Below, one piece after another: positions 51,111-64,000 of a DNA stretch of 64,000 bases. The notes below the pieces were generated by a model that was given only the letters and a program-made list of their open reading frames with translations, made no database searches and had not been told where the DNA came from. This DNA is from the human T2T-CHM13v2.0 reference genome, Homo sapiens, in the NCBI RefSeq assembly GCF_009914755.1, contig NC_060944.1, one strand, 5' to 3'. How positions within the stretch are numbered: the stretch's first letter is position 1; the number at the start of each line of letters is the position of its first letter. The translations under genes and the position numbers were made by a program.

Positions 51111-54100
51111 GACAGCAGTGATTGTAATCCAAATTGTTGCCTAACTGAAGATATAGAAATCAGAATTCTTGATTGGCAAAATAACAGGTAAAGAAAGCTA
51201 CCCAGTTGGTATTTTCTTAATGGGCAAACATTTCTATTCTAGGAAAAACAAATGTGTTTTTAAAAGGCATTCTCAAACTGGAAGTTTGTATTTGTAGGTA
51301 TGGCAGTGTCCACCCTGTCAAGGTAAAATGGAAACTCAAGAACTTATTCAGTTAGAGAGCCAAACTAAATACAGCATTTTACTTCAGTTAAAATAGAACC
51401 CCTTTGTGGTTTATTACAGCCCATGGAACAATGGTCACTCAGGAACATACAGGTCAGCTGGCCATCCAGGAGGCCCTGTTCTGACTTCTCCGAATGTACC
51501 CCAGACCCAGCCCATCTCTCCAGTAGCTGCCATTTCTCACACACCTGTTTGCTTTGGAGTTACCTTCACTTTTAGATTTATGCCCCAAAAGTCCACTGTA
51601 ATCCTAGTTCTGCTATAATGAAATTTTGAGGATGGCAGAGCTACCTTTCAAATGGATTTTGTTATTTAATCACTGAGATTATTTTATAACAGGATAATTT
51701 CAAGAGTGAGCATACCCATTTCCTGGAAACTCGGACCTCAGCATCACACTCACAGTGTGTCTGGAGGACCTGGCCAGGCGCCAGTACTTTGGGGGTGCTC
51801 AGGACCCTGGCAGCTCTCCTAGCTTTCTCTCCCTCTGCAGCCCTATAGCCACAAACCATCAATTGCAGTGAAACCACCTTAGCCTTTTTGTAAGGCACAG
51901 CCTGAGGAATATCCTCCATGTGATTAACCTGATTTAAGGAGGAGACAGGATGAGAGCAGACACTGCCTTCTTTGAAGTTCCCCTGGAAGAGGCCAGACTT
52001 TTCCACTCTGACATTCAGTGAGCACTGTTGCTACTCCAACGTGACGTTTCCAGGATGGTTCCACAGGGCACCAGACCACCTGCTTACACTCAGGATGAAA
52101 AGCCTCGTTTGGTCAAATACCAAAGAAAGCCCTGTGCTACTTTTGGAAAAATAGATCCAGATGAGGCTTTCAGGGCTTGAAATCCCTAGATTCCTGTTAA
52201 AATTTTGCACTGGCCTCTAAAGCAGTCTCTAAACAGATCTGAACCTCCCTGATGGACATTTCAGATCTCAGGCGTGCTTTCTGCCCTTTGAGCCCTATTT
52301 TGACACTCTAATGCTAATAAATTTAACAAAAGAGGCTAGACATAATACATGGCAATGGAATTTTTACTGAGAAGTGAATGGCAAAAATGATTTTAGTCAA
52401 TTTTATGAGAGTCAATATAGTTAACAGAAATCGACTCCTGGCTGAAAAGTGTATTCCGTGAGTACTTAAAAATTTGGAAAATATTTTCCCTGGAAAAAAA
52501 GAAAAACTTTGAAGTTTGCTTTCCAGGTATGACGTGGCATATGTAGAGAGGAAGGAATTTCAGACATTGAGTTATTGGCTGTAAATGTGAGGAAAAATTG
52601 AAGTGCAGCATAGCTTAGCTGAAGCAGCTCTCGTGTTTATCCAATATAGTTTTGTTATCAACGTGGAGTGCCTGTTTCTATCAGATCACCTGGTCTCTTT
52701 CTGCTATCCACCACATGCTGGCAGGCTGCAACTTTCTAATTGAATCCCTCATTTGCATTCAAGTTTGCTCTGCTTCTAACTGGTAAAAAGGAGACCAGCG
52801 CAATGTTATGTTAACCTTGTATCTACTTGGCAAATATTTTTATCAGTACATCTGTCTAGAGTCACAGACATGACTTGGAAAAAAATTAGGGCATTCTCCA
52901 ACGGCAATGCCAAGGGCATGCCCTTCATCAGCTTTAAATGCTGACAGATTTGAGAAGGTGTGACAATCATTGCTGTGCATATTTACAGAGGAAGGAAGAG
53001 TTCTCTTATGTAATGCATTGGGAACCAGAGCAAAACTGACAAAATTATGCACCCCTTCCTTTTATCACCCTAATGGCTCTCCTCCTTCCTTTGGCTTTTT
53101 TCTCTTCCCTTTGATATTTCCATTTGCTTTAAAAACTTACTCTCAGGTGGTCTAATGATGACTCTTTTCACTGTCGTAAAATCTCTGCTCTGGCAACCTA
53201 AGTTTTTTATCTTGTCAAATTATTCCCACTGTAAGAAATGTTATCATTCTTGGCAAAGCAAAGTAACATTAGAATCAGTGTAACTTACTTCCCTTGGGAA
53301 AATGCAGTGCTGGGGCCAAGCCTATCTCTATCATAGCTCGTTTGAATATCACTTTATGAGCTAACACTTTTGAGACAGTGGAGAGACAACTTGACAGACA
53401 GCAAAATTCTGGCTATTCAATTGTTTCTAACCCTGAGTGCTTATCATTTGGACAGACAAGTTTAGCTAACATTCTCATTCACAGAAACATTGATACATAC
53501 ATCCCAGAAAATATGGTACAGACTCCTCTCGTGCTCTCCATACCCTACCCACGTCTTTAATATTAAAATGACATCAAACTAAGAACCCAAAGGACTAACT
53601 TCACTCTGGAAAGTAGTCTCAAGTGACCAACTACAAAATATGCTAGTTCAGTGTACATAAAAATGGCAGTGAAACCCATGGGCAGGATTCCTCTAGGGGA
53701 CCTGACAAAAGAGATGAAAATCCTGGAAACTTAGTTTTTCTGGAATGCAGAGGCAGTGAGAAACCAGTGTCAGTCTTCCTGATGTTCTGTTCCAGATGAA
53801 CAATTTTGGGACTTAATTAAAAGATTAAGTGTTTCACTATGCAATATATGCATGGAAGAAACTTGTATGTGGGCCCTCTAATTATATAAAAATAAATAAT
53901 TAAAAAAGAAAACAAAAATTAAAAATAATTAAGTGATTCAAAAAGTAATAAAGATCACAACTGTCTGACTGTTTCTGGGGTTTGGATGTGCACTCCCTTG
54001 TAGTTGTGTCAAGGTAAAAGTGATTGAAGCCTGGAAGGCATCACTGAATTCCCACCCACCCCTTCCTCAGATGTATCACTTATTGTTATGCTATAATTTT

Positions 54101-54577
54101 TAAAAAATGATTTTCTGAATAGACGAAACATTGAAACAGTAAGCCTTTTAAGGAAATAGAAAAACTATGCTAGGAAATTACAGAGCCAATCCATTGAGCA
54201 GTAACTCTGGGAATATCTTTCAGGTACCTTGAAAAATAGGAGCACTATTAAGAAGCTCCTTCTAAAGAACTGTTTTGGAGTGTTGAAGAATTGTCCACAC
54301 TTGGACTTTGATCACTGAAATAATTTCTACGTCCTTGCTTGTTTTTCTCATCTAGTCTTGAATGACATTCCTTTTCCTTGCTCCTTGTACATACTTGTGT
54401 CTAAAGGGTAAACGTAAATAAACATAGCCCTCTTCAAAAAGAACTTCAAAAATAATTTGACAGGTCTTAGAGAAGTCAAATGTGTTTAGCTCCTTAGGAC
54501 AATGACTTTTATGTCAAATCCTTTTTGGTCAATGATACTCTTTTAAAAATGTATTGTGAAATGTATGTGAACAAGAC

Positions 54578-55025
54578 CATATTAGTTAGGGTAAAGTTAA
54601 ACTGTTCTAACAAAAAGACTCCGAAATAGACTGGCTTATTGAATATCATGTTTATTTACCACTCTGCTAACAGGAAGCATTCTGCTTGTGGAGGATTTGT
54701 TCCACTCTGTCATTCAAGGAGCCAGGAATCTACCATGGTGTCAATGCCTTCCCGAAGGTATTGGTCTCATTTACTTACCCGCCCTGGTGCTGGCAAAAGA
54801 TGTGTATATGGCAAGCACACCCTCTGTCTAATGGTCCCTCTACTCAAAGTAGCATTCATCACTTCCACTCACCTTCCATTTAAGAGAAATTGGTCTTGTG
54901 ACCAATGTCTGCAAAGGAGGTTGGAAAATTTAGTCTAGCTTGGGGTCTACACATCTGACTACAATTCTATTACATGGAAAGAAGGGAATATCACATTTTG
55001 ATGGACTTCCAGATATTTACCACCC
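54578..55025 (-). mobile_element. old ERVL/MaLR LTR (LTR33-like)
   Basis: ATATTAGTTAGGGTAAAG...CTGTTCTAACAAA...CATCACTTCCACTCAC; subfamily uncertain. Confidence 0.55.
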
Positions 55026-56257
55026 AAAGAGAAAAGAAAAACAAATTAAATCAACAGGTTGCTCGTAGATAAATTAGTTTAGGGGCAGTGTCAGCCACCC
55101 GTAATGGGTACTTGCTTTGCAAGAATATTTGGTAATTTTGATAGCATATACTTTATTAAAATGTCTTTATAATGCTGAGTGCTTACAAATTTGAAAGTAT
55201 GAAATTTTTAAGGCATAAGGACAGTGATCTATCTTTAGTTGTCAGACACTATATTTAGATATTTAGACCTCACCTCAATTGTTTACATTTTTTGGTACCA
55301 AAACTCCTTGCAAAATTTTCAGATACATCAGTGGAAACTAAAATCAATACATTGAGAATGAATACATAATTGCATTATTTATTACATTCTAATTCTGGCC
55401 CATTTCCATAGAAATCCTTGGAGGCATCAATCGCAATTTGTTTCTGCAACACTCTAAGGCTGTGGGGCCACAGTCATCCATAAACATACCAGGAGTCCTG
55501 AGCAGATATGGATTTACATCCTGTGTACCTAGGAACTCTGGGGAAATGTGAGTTTAGGGCAGAGTCTGATCATAGTTGAGTGGAAATATTACAGAGAAAG
55601 AGAGAGAAAATGATCATATGAATATGAATCTAAATCTCCTGGGTAGTCAAAGGAAATCTCCTTAGAATCTTTAGAGCTGAAGATAATAGTTCATACCTGT
55701 TTCCCATTTCAGCCGTGAACAACAGGGAGAGTTTCCTACAAGTGACTGCAAATTGAACTGAAATTAACAAAATCGACATGAAATTGCCTCACTTTGTACT
55801 TTATTGACCTGACTTCATTTCTAAATGTTTTAAATGAATCCAGTTTTACCAAAATGTTCCTAGATCTTCTTAAGCAATTGCGTTTTTGGTAAAATGCACT
55901 TTCCCTTTACTTGAGATTTCCATTCTGGTAATTGTGACTTAGCTTATGAAACTGGGCTCTAAGTTCTGTCACTGTTATATTCCAGCACCTAGCTCAGAGC
56001 AGGATGCAGAGTAAATCTTAATAAATATCTGTTTCATGGCTAAAAAATACATAAGCAGCTCTCCAATGTAAGGAGGCTACTGGCCTGTTCTGTCCACTCT
56101 AGAGATCATACTCTGGATTCAATAATTACTGAGTCTATGACACCCTGGTTTCTATTTTTTTACTTACTCTAAGGAATGATTTCATTCAGATTTTAAGACG
56201 ATAACAGGAGAGTCAGTTAATAAAAATAGAGCCTAATCTTTTAGATGTGGTTAATTT

Positions 56258-56720
56258 TTAAAGCGGTTTTATTAAACTGTAATTCACAGAGTTGCACAAC
56301 AACCATCATAATCTATGTTCATCATGCCCAAAAGAAATCCCACATTAGCTGTCACTCCGTCCCCTCTCTCTCAACCTTGGGCAACTGCTAATCTACACTT
56401 GATCTCTATAGATTTGCCTGTTTTGGGTATTTCATGTAAATGGAATCATAAACTATGTGATCTTTTGTGACTACTTTCCTTCATGTAGCAAAATATATTC
56501 AAAGTTCGTCCATGTCATAGCATCTGTAATTAATCTCTTTTTATTAGTGTTCCTTTGTATCAATGTTCCACATTTTGTCTGTTCATTCAGGATATGTGCA
56601 CTGTTTCTACTTTTTGGCTGTTGTGAACGATGTTTAGATGCAGCTCATTTAAGCATAATTACATCGCTAAATATACGCACTATAAATGTAAAACAGTGGT
56701 GTTCTGTAGTTAATTTTTAG
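56258..56720 (-). mobile_element. L1MB-type 3' end
   Basis: GGCAACTGCTAATCTAC...CTATAGATTTGCCTGTTTTGG...ATTTCATGTAAATGGAATCATA. Confidence 0.85.
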
Positions 56721-56919
56721 TCTTCCTTGCTGTTTCCATTCTTTGGTCCTCTAGTTTCTCTCAGGCCTCTCCAAAGCTACTTTTGCTTGATGGCTCTGGT
56801 GTCCTGCTGGCCTATGCAGTGATGTAGGTTTCTTGAAACATGGTCTGTATCTCTGTGTGTAGTCAGTCTGTACACATCGCCTCAGAGTTCTCTTAGAGTA
56901 CCAAAGAACATCGTGGAAG

Positions 56920-57260
56920 GAGAGCATGTATCAAAGTGGCTTTGGGCATGGATTTCAGGCTCCGATAGATCTAGGTTCAAATTCTGAGTCTCTTATTAGC
57001 TGTGTGGCCTCATGCAAATTGCTTAATCTTCCTAGGCCTTAATAACCTCAATTCTAAAATGAGGTTAATAATGGTATAATTATTGAGGTTTTTTAGTATG
57101 AGGTTAATAATGTAAAATGAGGTTAATAATGAGGTTCATATAGGTAATAATGCCTATATCATGGGGTTGTTGCAAAGATTAATTGGATAATGCATTAAAA
57201 TGCTTATCATAGTGTCATATATAAACACAAACATTTAACAATTATTTTTAATAGTAACAT
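56920..57260 (+). mobile_element. MIR with an internal patchwork duplication
   Basis: CTAGGTTCAAATTC...TAGCTGTGTGGCC...; CATGGGGTTGTTGCAAAGATTAA; core expanded at 57055-57152. Confidence 0.85.
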
Positions 57261-57289
57261 TATTCTTATAACTACTGCTGTCATTATTG

Positions 57290-57405
57290 CCCTGCCACTA
57301 GATTCTGAGTTCTTTTAGGGCAGGGACTTTGATTATTTTGTTCACTGCTATCGCTTAGATTCTAGAACTCTGTCTATACTATTGAACAAATACTTCACTA
57401 TTTGA
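57290..57405 (+). mobile_element. L2 3' end
   Basis: CACTAGATTCTGAGTTC...AGGGCAGGGAC...TTTTGTTCACTGCTATC. Confidence 0.7.
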
Positions 57406-57994
57406 AGAAGGCTTTACTTTTGTTCTGGATGATACCAGTCAGTGGTCCCTTATCATGAGAGCCACCTTGCTTTCTGTTTGCTTGAATTTGCTGCTTTTAT
57501 GAAATCCAGGTGTCTCATCTCAGCCACCTCTGAGTCCTGTGGTATAGCCTGTGAGTTCAGCTGTCTGGAAATGAAGTCTGTTTGTAACATTATCATACCA
57601 CACTTTATACATAACCACTGTAGCCAATTGTTTAAAAAATAGTCAACTTGCTTAAGCACTTCCAAGCTCCCTAAAATCTAACTAAGTCCTAAGAATAAAA
57701 AGGAAACATTTTGTTTTGACTGTAAATAAATACAAGCTTTCCATAAGAGAGAGAGAGAGAGTAATTATAGTTATTTGTGGTCTGAAATGTGAAGTTATGT
57801 GTTGTAAGACAGCAGATTCTTACGGACAAAACCAAATCATGTTTCTGTACATAGATTTTAAATGCTTCCTTCCAACCCAGGGGACCCAGGGGAGTAGATA
57901 ACAGTTGCCACTTAGCTTACAGAGGGAAAAAGTCCAATGCTTGCGTTTCGTTGGCCCAAAATACCCGGAAAGCTTGCACAGTTTTTCATTTCTA

Positions 57995-58140
57995 AGATCA
58001 TAGGCTCTTAGAACTGAAAGGCATTTTGGAAATCATACTTGTCCTAGATCCTTATTTTCCTGGCTGGGAAAAATGAGACCCAGAGTTGCTGAGTGACTTG
58101 GCTAGCAACATCCAACTAGTTCATATCAGAACCAAGACCA
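57995..58140 (-). mobile_element. MIR3-like fragment
   Basis: TTAGAACTGAAAGG...GAAAAATGAGACCCAGAG...GAGTGACTTG. Confidence 0.65.
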
Positions 58141-59332
58141 ATGTGTTGTCCAGCCAATAGGGTGAAATAGCAAGGGGAGAGGTCTGGGAATCAGACAATC
58201 ATGAACCCCAGGATGGTCCACTTGCTGACCTCTTCTTTGAACTGTAGTTCCAAGCTTCCTCATATGTTAGATGGGAACAGCATTAATATACACCTTCTGC
58301 TATTAGAAGAAAAGAAAGGATTTGAATTGAGGCTTTTCCAGAACTGAGTAGAGTGCCAAAGATTTGTGTCAATAAATGTCATGATGGCAATACTTTCTCT
58401 AGGTCCCCATTCTCTCCTCTGTGTCTTCTTCTACCCAAACTGCTGCTTCTAGCCAAATCCTGTTTATATGGACTACCCCACCTTCAGCCATTGGGTTCAT
58501 CATCAGTGACTTCTGAAGACTGACTGAATATAGAAAATACCTGCACACCCATCCTTCTATGCATCATATCATTGTTTCTTCCTCTTTATCATGAAAGATC
58601 CTTTATAGTTAAAGGTGATGCATCTGTATCCTCAGGGTACCAAGGCATAGGCAGCCTGTGCAAGGGAGGATTTTTGTTCTTGTTGAAATAAAACATTGTA
58701 TTCTAAAGCAGAGGCGTTTTGCAACCTCATTCTTAAAACAAAATGCTTAACATTACTCACTAGTTAAGTAATTTTATGGCCCTCCCCCAATAAATCTTGT
58801 ACATGAACCCTCAGGAAGGTGCACATCCCGTGGTTTATGGTGCCTCTGGCACACTGCCAACACCCCAGTTTGAAAAGCCAGGCATTCAACCAAACTTGCG
58901 AACGCCAGCCCTTGCATATAATTACAGGAACCTGTGAAAGTGATCACCGGCAGCTCAGGGGCTCCAAGCTTCCGCAAGTTCTGAATCCCTTAGCAAGCCG
59001 GAAAGATCTGCTGGCGCTGCCGTAGGGAAAGGTTAGCATCCTAAATTATGGCCTTTCAATTTTTTTTCAACTTTGCAAATATTTTATCTTCTCATCCTTA
59101 GTGAAAAAGATAGAAGTGCACAGTTGCTGTTTTCCCATGTTGTTTATAGAAGGAAAGGAGGTCTCAACAGCTTTTTCCATCCTTCATAAAACAATGAAAA
59201 TGTGCCTCGTGGCCAGGATAAAACAGTGATATGCATCGAGTGATCCAGGAAATGTAAAAATACTTGACTTGAAAGACTTTTTAAAGATACCTCTGCACAT
59301 GTTAAAGGCAGTGGCAGTACTGGGACCTAAGA

Positions 59333-59373
<41 letters not shown>

Positions 59374-59380
59374 TGTGTGT
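59333..59380. repeat. (GT)n microsatellite
   Basis: Seen directly. Confidence 0.95.
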
Positions 59381-60559
59381 TGTATAGGAAGTATCCCAGT
59401 GCAGTTCTTCTCCCTACAGGCCTCACTCCCAACTACCTGTCCAGCCTAGGAAGAGGTAAAAAATAGGAATTGTGGTGAGCATGGGAAGGTGGTGAAGGAG
59501 ACAAGCAACAAGAGACAGAAATGCCAAGAAGTTAAAGCAAGCTGGCTGCAAGCTATGGCAGGGCAACAATTCCTGGGAAGGCAGAGCCTGGCTAGCAGAG
59601 GAGCTGGGGCCTGCAGATTGGTCGGTGCCTTTGCTTTCCTGCTGTTTCCACTTCGTGTTCTTTGACTCCTCTTCACACTACCAACTCCTTCCACTTCACA
59701 CGTTCTATCTCAAGTGAGGCAGTGCCCATCTCAAAGGGGCCACAGTGTTAGAGCTGCTAAAAGCAACTAGGTAAGTGGGAAGATGGGGTTCCCTTATTTT
59801 CCTACCAGGCTCTCCAGCCCCAGGGCTGCCATGGCCACTTCTCCAGCTCCCATCTCACTTCCTACCCTAGGCCTGCCATAATCTCCACCCAGCTTTCTTT
59901 CCAGGAGTGAAGTCCAGTGTCCAATCGAGTTGCCATGCTGGACAAACTGACCTTGACCTTTTCTATCCCAGTGTATTATCTTGTCTCTAGCAGTAGCCAT
60001 CCTTAGGAAACCCCAGGAAATGCTATGTTTGCTTAGGACACTGGAAACATGGGGTAAAATCAATGAAGCTGTTTTGTGTTCTGCCGCAGGGTGAAGCAGG
60101 AAAGAAATCTAATGGGGGAGTGACTCATGGTAAGAGATAGTGGCCCTGTCTCTCAGGCTATTAGAAGGTACCAAAGAGGTGAATACAGACTGGTTCAGGC
60201 CTGTGTAAAGCCCAAGTATTTATCCTTGTGAGAGGCCATGACATTTTTCCTCCAGTTCCCCACCCTAGAACCTACACTCTTCTAATCCCCATCCCATCTC
60301 TGCCTCCCCTTTCCTTGGAATACAATGTTACAGGCTATGGAATTCACCATTAGTAATGTCAAGTTGTGGAACTTCCATTCCTTCTGCTTGGAAGGTAGAA
60401 GGCAGGAGAGTTCCCTAGGAGTGGAGAGGAGATGCTAGAAGCCCAATCCAAAATTCCAAGAACATTTTTCTTAGGATGAAGACTACCAGCATGGCTTTCA
60501 AGCCCTAGAGTGGTCTTACCTTGTGCCTGACTCTCTTTCAGTCTGTCCTAGCAGGCATT

Positions 60560-60875
60560 TTCTCTGCTGTTTGCATCCTCAGCCTGCAGAACTCTTACTG
60601 CCCATCTTCAGCTGGTTAATGGTGGTTAACAAGCAAGGCCCCTGGAGGGATGCTTGCCCTGGCGTCCCTGAGCAGATCAAACCTCCTTATTACCAGCTCT
60701 CATGGTGTTACATGGCTGTCCTTCATAGCCCTTAATACAATCAAAGCTTTATATTTATTGGGGTGATTATTTTATCAATGTCAGTGTCTGGTTTTCCTCA
60801 CCGTTATGTCCCCTGCTCCCAGCACAGTGTTTGACAAATGGTAGAGAGTCAGTAAAATCTTGTTAAATAAATGCA
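60560..60875 (+). mobile_element. L2 3' fragment
   Basis: CCCAGCACAGTGTTTGACAAATGGTAG...TGTTAAATAAATG. Confidence 0.6.
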
Positions 60876-61964
60876 TACATGTTCCTGTAAAAAAAGAAGC
60901 ACTATGGTCTATCTTCATTATAAATTAAGTCACTTTTGGGCTTGTCCTGACAACAAAATTATAATGCACAGTATTATCTTGTGAGAATATGAATTATAAG
61001 TTTCAAATAATCAAGTGGGAACAAACAGTTTTGAATATGAACAACATGTAAGTTAGAGTTCTTATATTTAATTCTAGGGATATGTTTATCTTCTTTTCTT
61101 ATAGGACATACAACCAAATAAGTGTTTTGTCTTACTATAAAGATCCAGGATTTTGATGTTTGCATTGATTATCCTTACAGTCATCCTAGGCTAACAGTTC
61201 TGCAAATGGTCATCTTTTCTCTTAGGGACCATCCCTAAGACCTTGAATAACTCAGAGCAGATAATCAAACTATCTAATGATCACTGAGATCATTTATGCA
61301 TCAGGATTTATCAATAAAAAATAAACCCTTTGAGGTACTAATTGATTTTTTATTCCCATCCCCAAAATGGCAGCTCATTAGTGTCTAGTCACCAGAAAAC
61401 TGGGGACCATGTGGCATCCCTGTCCCCTCACCGTCTAATATGGCACCTGTTCCATGGAACATACTGAATAAATACTCATGGCATTGAAATGAATCACACC
61501 TATCCCTCACTGAGCCTTGGCTAATAATTGATCAGAGAGTTCATGATCACCACCCATCCTTGAGAGGGCTCCTATTAAAAACAGCAGCAACAACAACATG
61601 TGACTAGAGCATCTGAACGCTTATGTAGCACTGACGTTAACAAGGATAACAGGAGCTTGAGGGGCATTTTTTAAAAGGAGTGCTTTTAATCATTAAAGTG
61701 AGATACGCACATGCTAAAAAACAGTAAAGCAATATAAAAAGTCATCAAATGGTAAAAATCTCTTCCCAATTAAAAATGCCAGTATCCCTCTTAAGAGGCA
61801 GCCACTGTTGAGTTTCTTATGCATTTTCCAAAAAAATAATATTCACTTCATATATAAGCCTATAAATATAACCAAATTTTCAGTCTTTTTATTTTCATGG
61901 TTTCCAACTTAGAAAGGCCTTCTATTTCAAGATTATTTTTAAAAATTAACCCAGGTTTCTTCTA

Positions 61965-62312
<348 letters not shown>

Positions 62313-62339
62313 CACACACAACAGATATTAAGCCATTGA

Positions 62340-62510
62340 TTTATGTATATATGCATATATACACACACCATACAGGTATACATAGATATCACACATATAT
62401 ACCTGTATGTCTATACAAGCATACATATACATTATATACACTGTATATTATATATAGTATGTTTACTTGTCTGTGTGTGTACACATACATATAGTGAAGT
62501 ATATACCTAA
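62340..62510. repeat. (TA/CA)-rich low-complexity tract
   Basis: Degenerate alternating purine-pyrimidine repeats. Confidence 0.8.
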
Positions 62511-63695
62511 ACTACTAAAGGAGAAATTTTATATATATTACAAAAAGTTATAAATGCATGCTCTTACCTATGTATATTGGTTTGAAGAAAAATATAAAAT
62601 ACTTAAAAAAGATTTTAGGAGTATACATAACTTTAAAGAAACATATAAGTACTGCCCATTTCTTTCCCAAATGATACCTATTTTTATAAATTTCTTTAGA
62701 CTCAATAATTATAAGGTAATTTTTTATGATTACCTTTTATTTATAGAGATATATATTATAGTTTTAAATGCTTATATGTACACACGTATTATATACAATA
62801 AAAAATGTATTACCTATTTTGTGTGTGTATTTTTGTGTATGAATGTGAGAGAATGTGGTGTGTGTGTTTCTATATGTCAGTTTTAATATAGTCTCCAGGC
62901 AGATTTTAGGACTTTATGACTTTCTTTTTAAACCTTCTGTCTATGGAATAATTGTGTTCATTGCTTCATCTATTTCTTGCAAAATAGTGACAATGAGCTT
63001 TCTCCCACTGACTAAAACCAGACCTGTTCCACCCATTCCCACCCCACAAATGAGCAAGTCATGTAACATGAGAATAAATTAATAGTGAAGCCCTTTGACA
63101 GTTGTACCTCAGGTGCTTCTGATGTGCAATGACATCTCTCAGAATTAAACCTACCATTGTCAGTTTGTCAACGATTTTCTACAAGTACAAAATGGAATTG
63201 CGTCCATCTCACTCAGATTTGGAAGCAAGTCTGATTATGGGACATACTGGGCTTGACAAGCTAAAGACAGATACAGACATTTTCTCATTTATGAATCTAT
63301 TCCTTTGGGACATTGTTAAAATTTTAAAAAGGTCGTATCTTCTAGGAGGGGATAAGTAACATAAGTTATTTTGCAATAGCTATCAATGTGAAATTTTGTA
63401 TTGTCTTTTGGAAGTCAGAGGAAGAAAGATGGGCTGCCTCGGTGCATTTTCCATTTGCCCGTGATTAGCATGTTCTGAACATCTCAGTGGGAGTCAGAGG
63501 TATGCTTCTCTTTGGGTTTTTTCAGTGTGAAGGATGGAAGGAACTCTTTCACACCTTTCATTTGCACTGTTAAGACTTACATCAGAAGTACAAAGCATTT
63601 TAAACTGACAGAATAAAAAGCAAACTTCAGAGCAACTTTCCTGCCTATGGTGCTTTCCAAGGATCTAAGACACATGAGCAAATCTCCTGAAGGGT

Positions 63696-63702
<7 letters not shown>

Positions 63703-63727
<25 letters not shown>

Positions 63728-63728
63728 A
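63703..63728 (+). repeat. poly(A)26 tract
   Basis: Seen directly; overlaps AATAAA at 63700-63705. Confidence 0.95.
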
Positions 63729-64000
63729 GAGTCACCTTTGGCCCTTTCTTCATCTTTGAAATACACTCGAGAATGGGCTCTCTCCCTCTGAGGCTAAATC
63801 CAGTGTGCCCTGGAGCTGTCAGACCTGCAGAAAGGCCCTTTTTGCCAAGCAGTCTGAGAGAAGACTAGCGGTAATTGGCAATCCAGTTCTCCATTTCCAT
63901 TGTACAGCCATCCCTGACAAATTAATCACAATCAAATGTTGGCTGCAGCAAGGGGCACCCTACACAGCAGGAAAGAAAAATGAGGCCTCACGCTGATCTG

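Noticed and set aside
56246-56719. Apparent 15-bp TSD TGT(G/A)GTTAATTTTTA around the L1MB piece
   Set aside because: The right copy resembles ordinary L1M internal sequence and both copies are AT-rich, so it cannot be called a TSD.
57055-57152. Repeat-spacer pattern superficially like a CRISPR array
   Set aside because: Primate DNA, 15-nt repeats derived from the MIR core, irregular spacers, no cas genes.

Overview
Repeat-dense, AT-rich non-coding DNA from a human or other great ape (AluJ/S/Y, L1PA/L1PB and an SVA fragment are present), either intergenic or deep intronic. I see no credible protein-coding exon, RNA gene or CpG island and cannot name the locus. The ORFs in the supplied track come from Alu, L1, LTR, low-complexity or chance sequence; the only real protein homology is broken L1 ORF2 (45.3-47.3 kb) and a Tc2/Kanga-type transposase remnant (37.3 kb). 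I found no new gene system. The most informative signals are insertion and repair scars readable in the sequence: (1) an exact 26-nt copy of a MER34-type LTR segment pasted into an L1 1.4 kb away; (2) a THE1 solo LTR flanked by a 52-56 bp direct repeat instead of 5 bp; (3) a probable ~480-bp L1PB 3' transduction; (4) a ~160-bp, severely truncated SVA with an intact TSD; (5) a patchwork amplification inside a MIR. Several repeat-free islands carry HOX/CDX/PBX/FOX motif clusters and are candidate developmental enhancers (inference only). Repeat subfamily names come from remembered consensus sequences, and the boundaries of old repeats are approximate.
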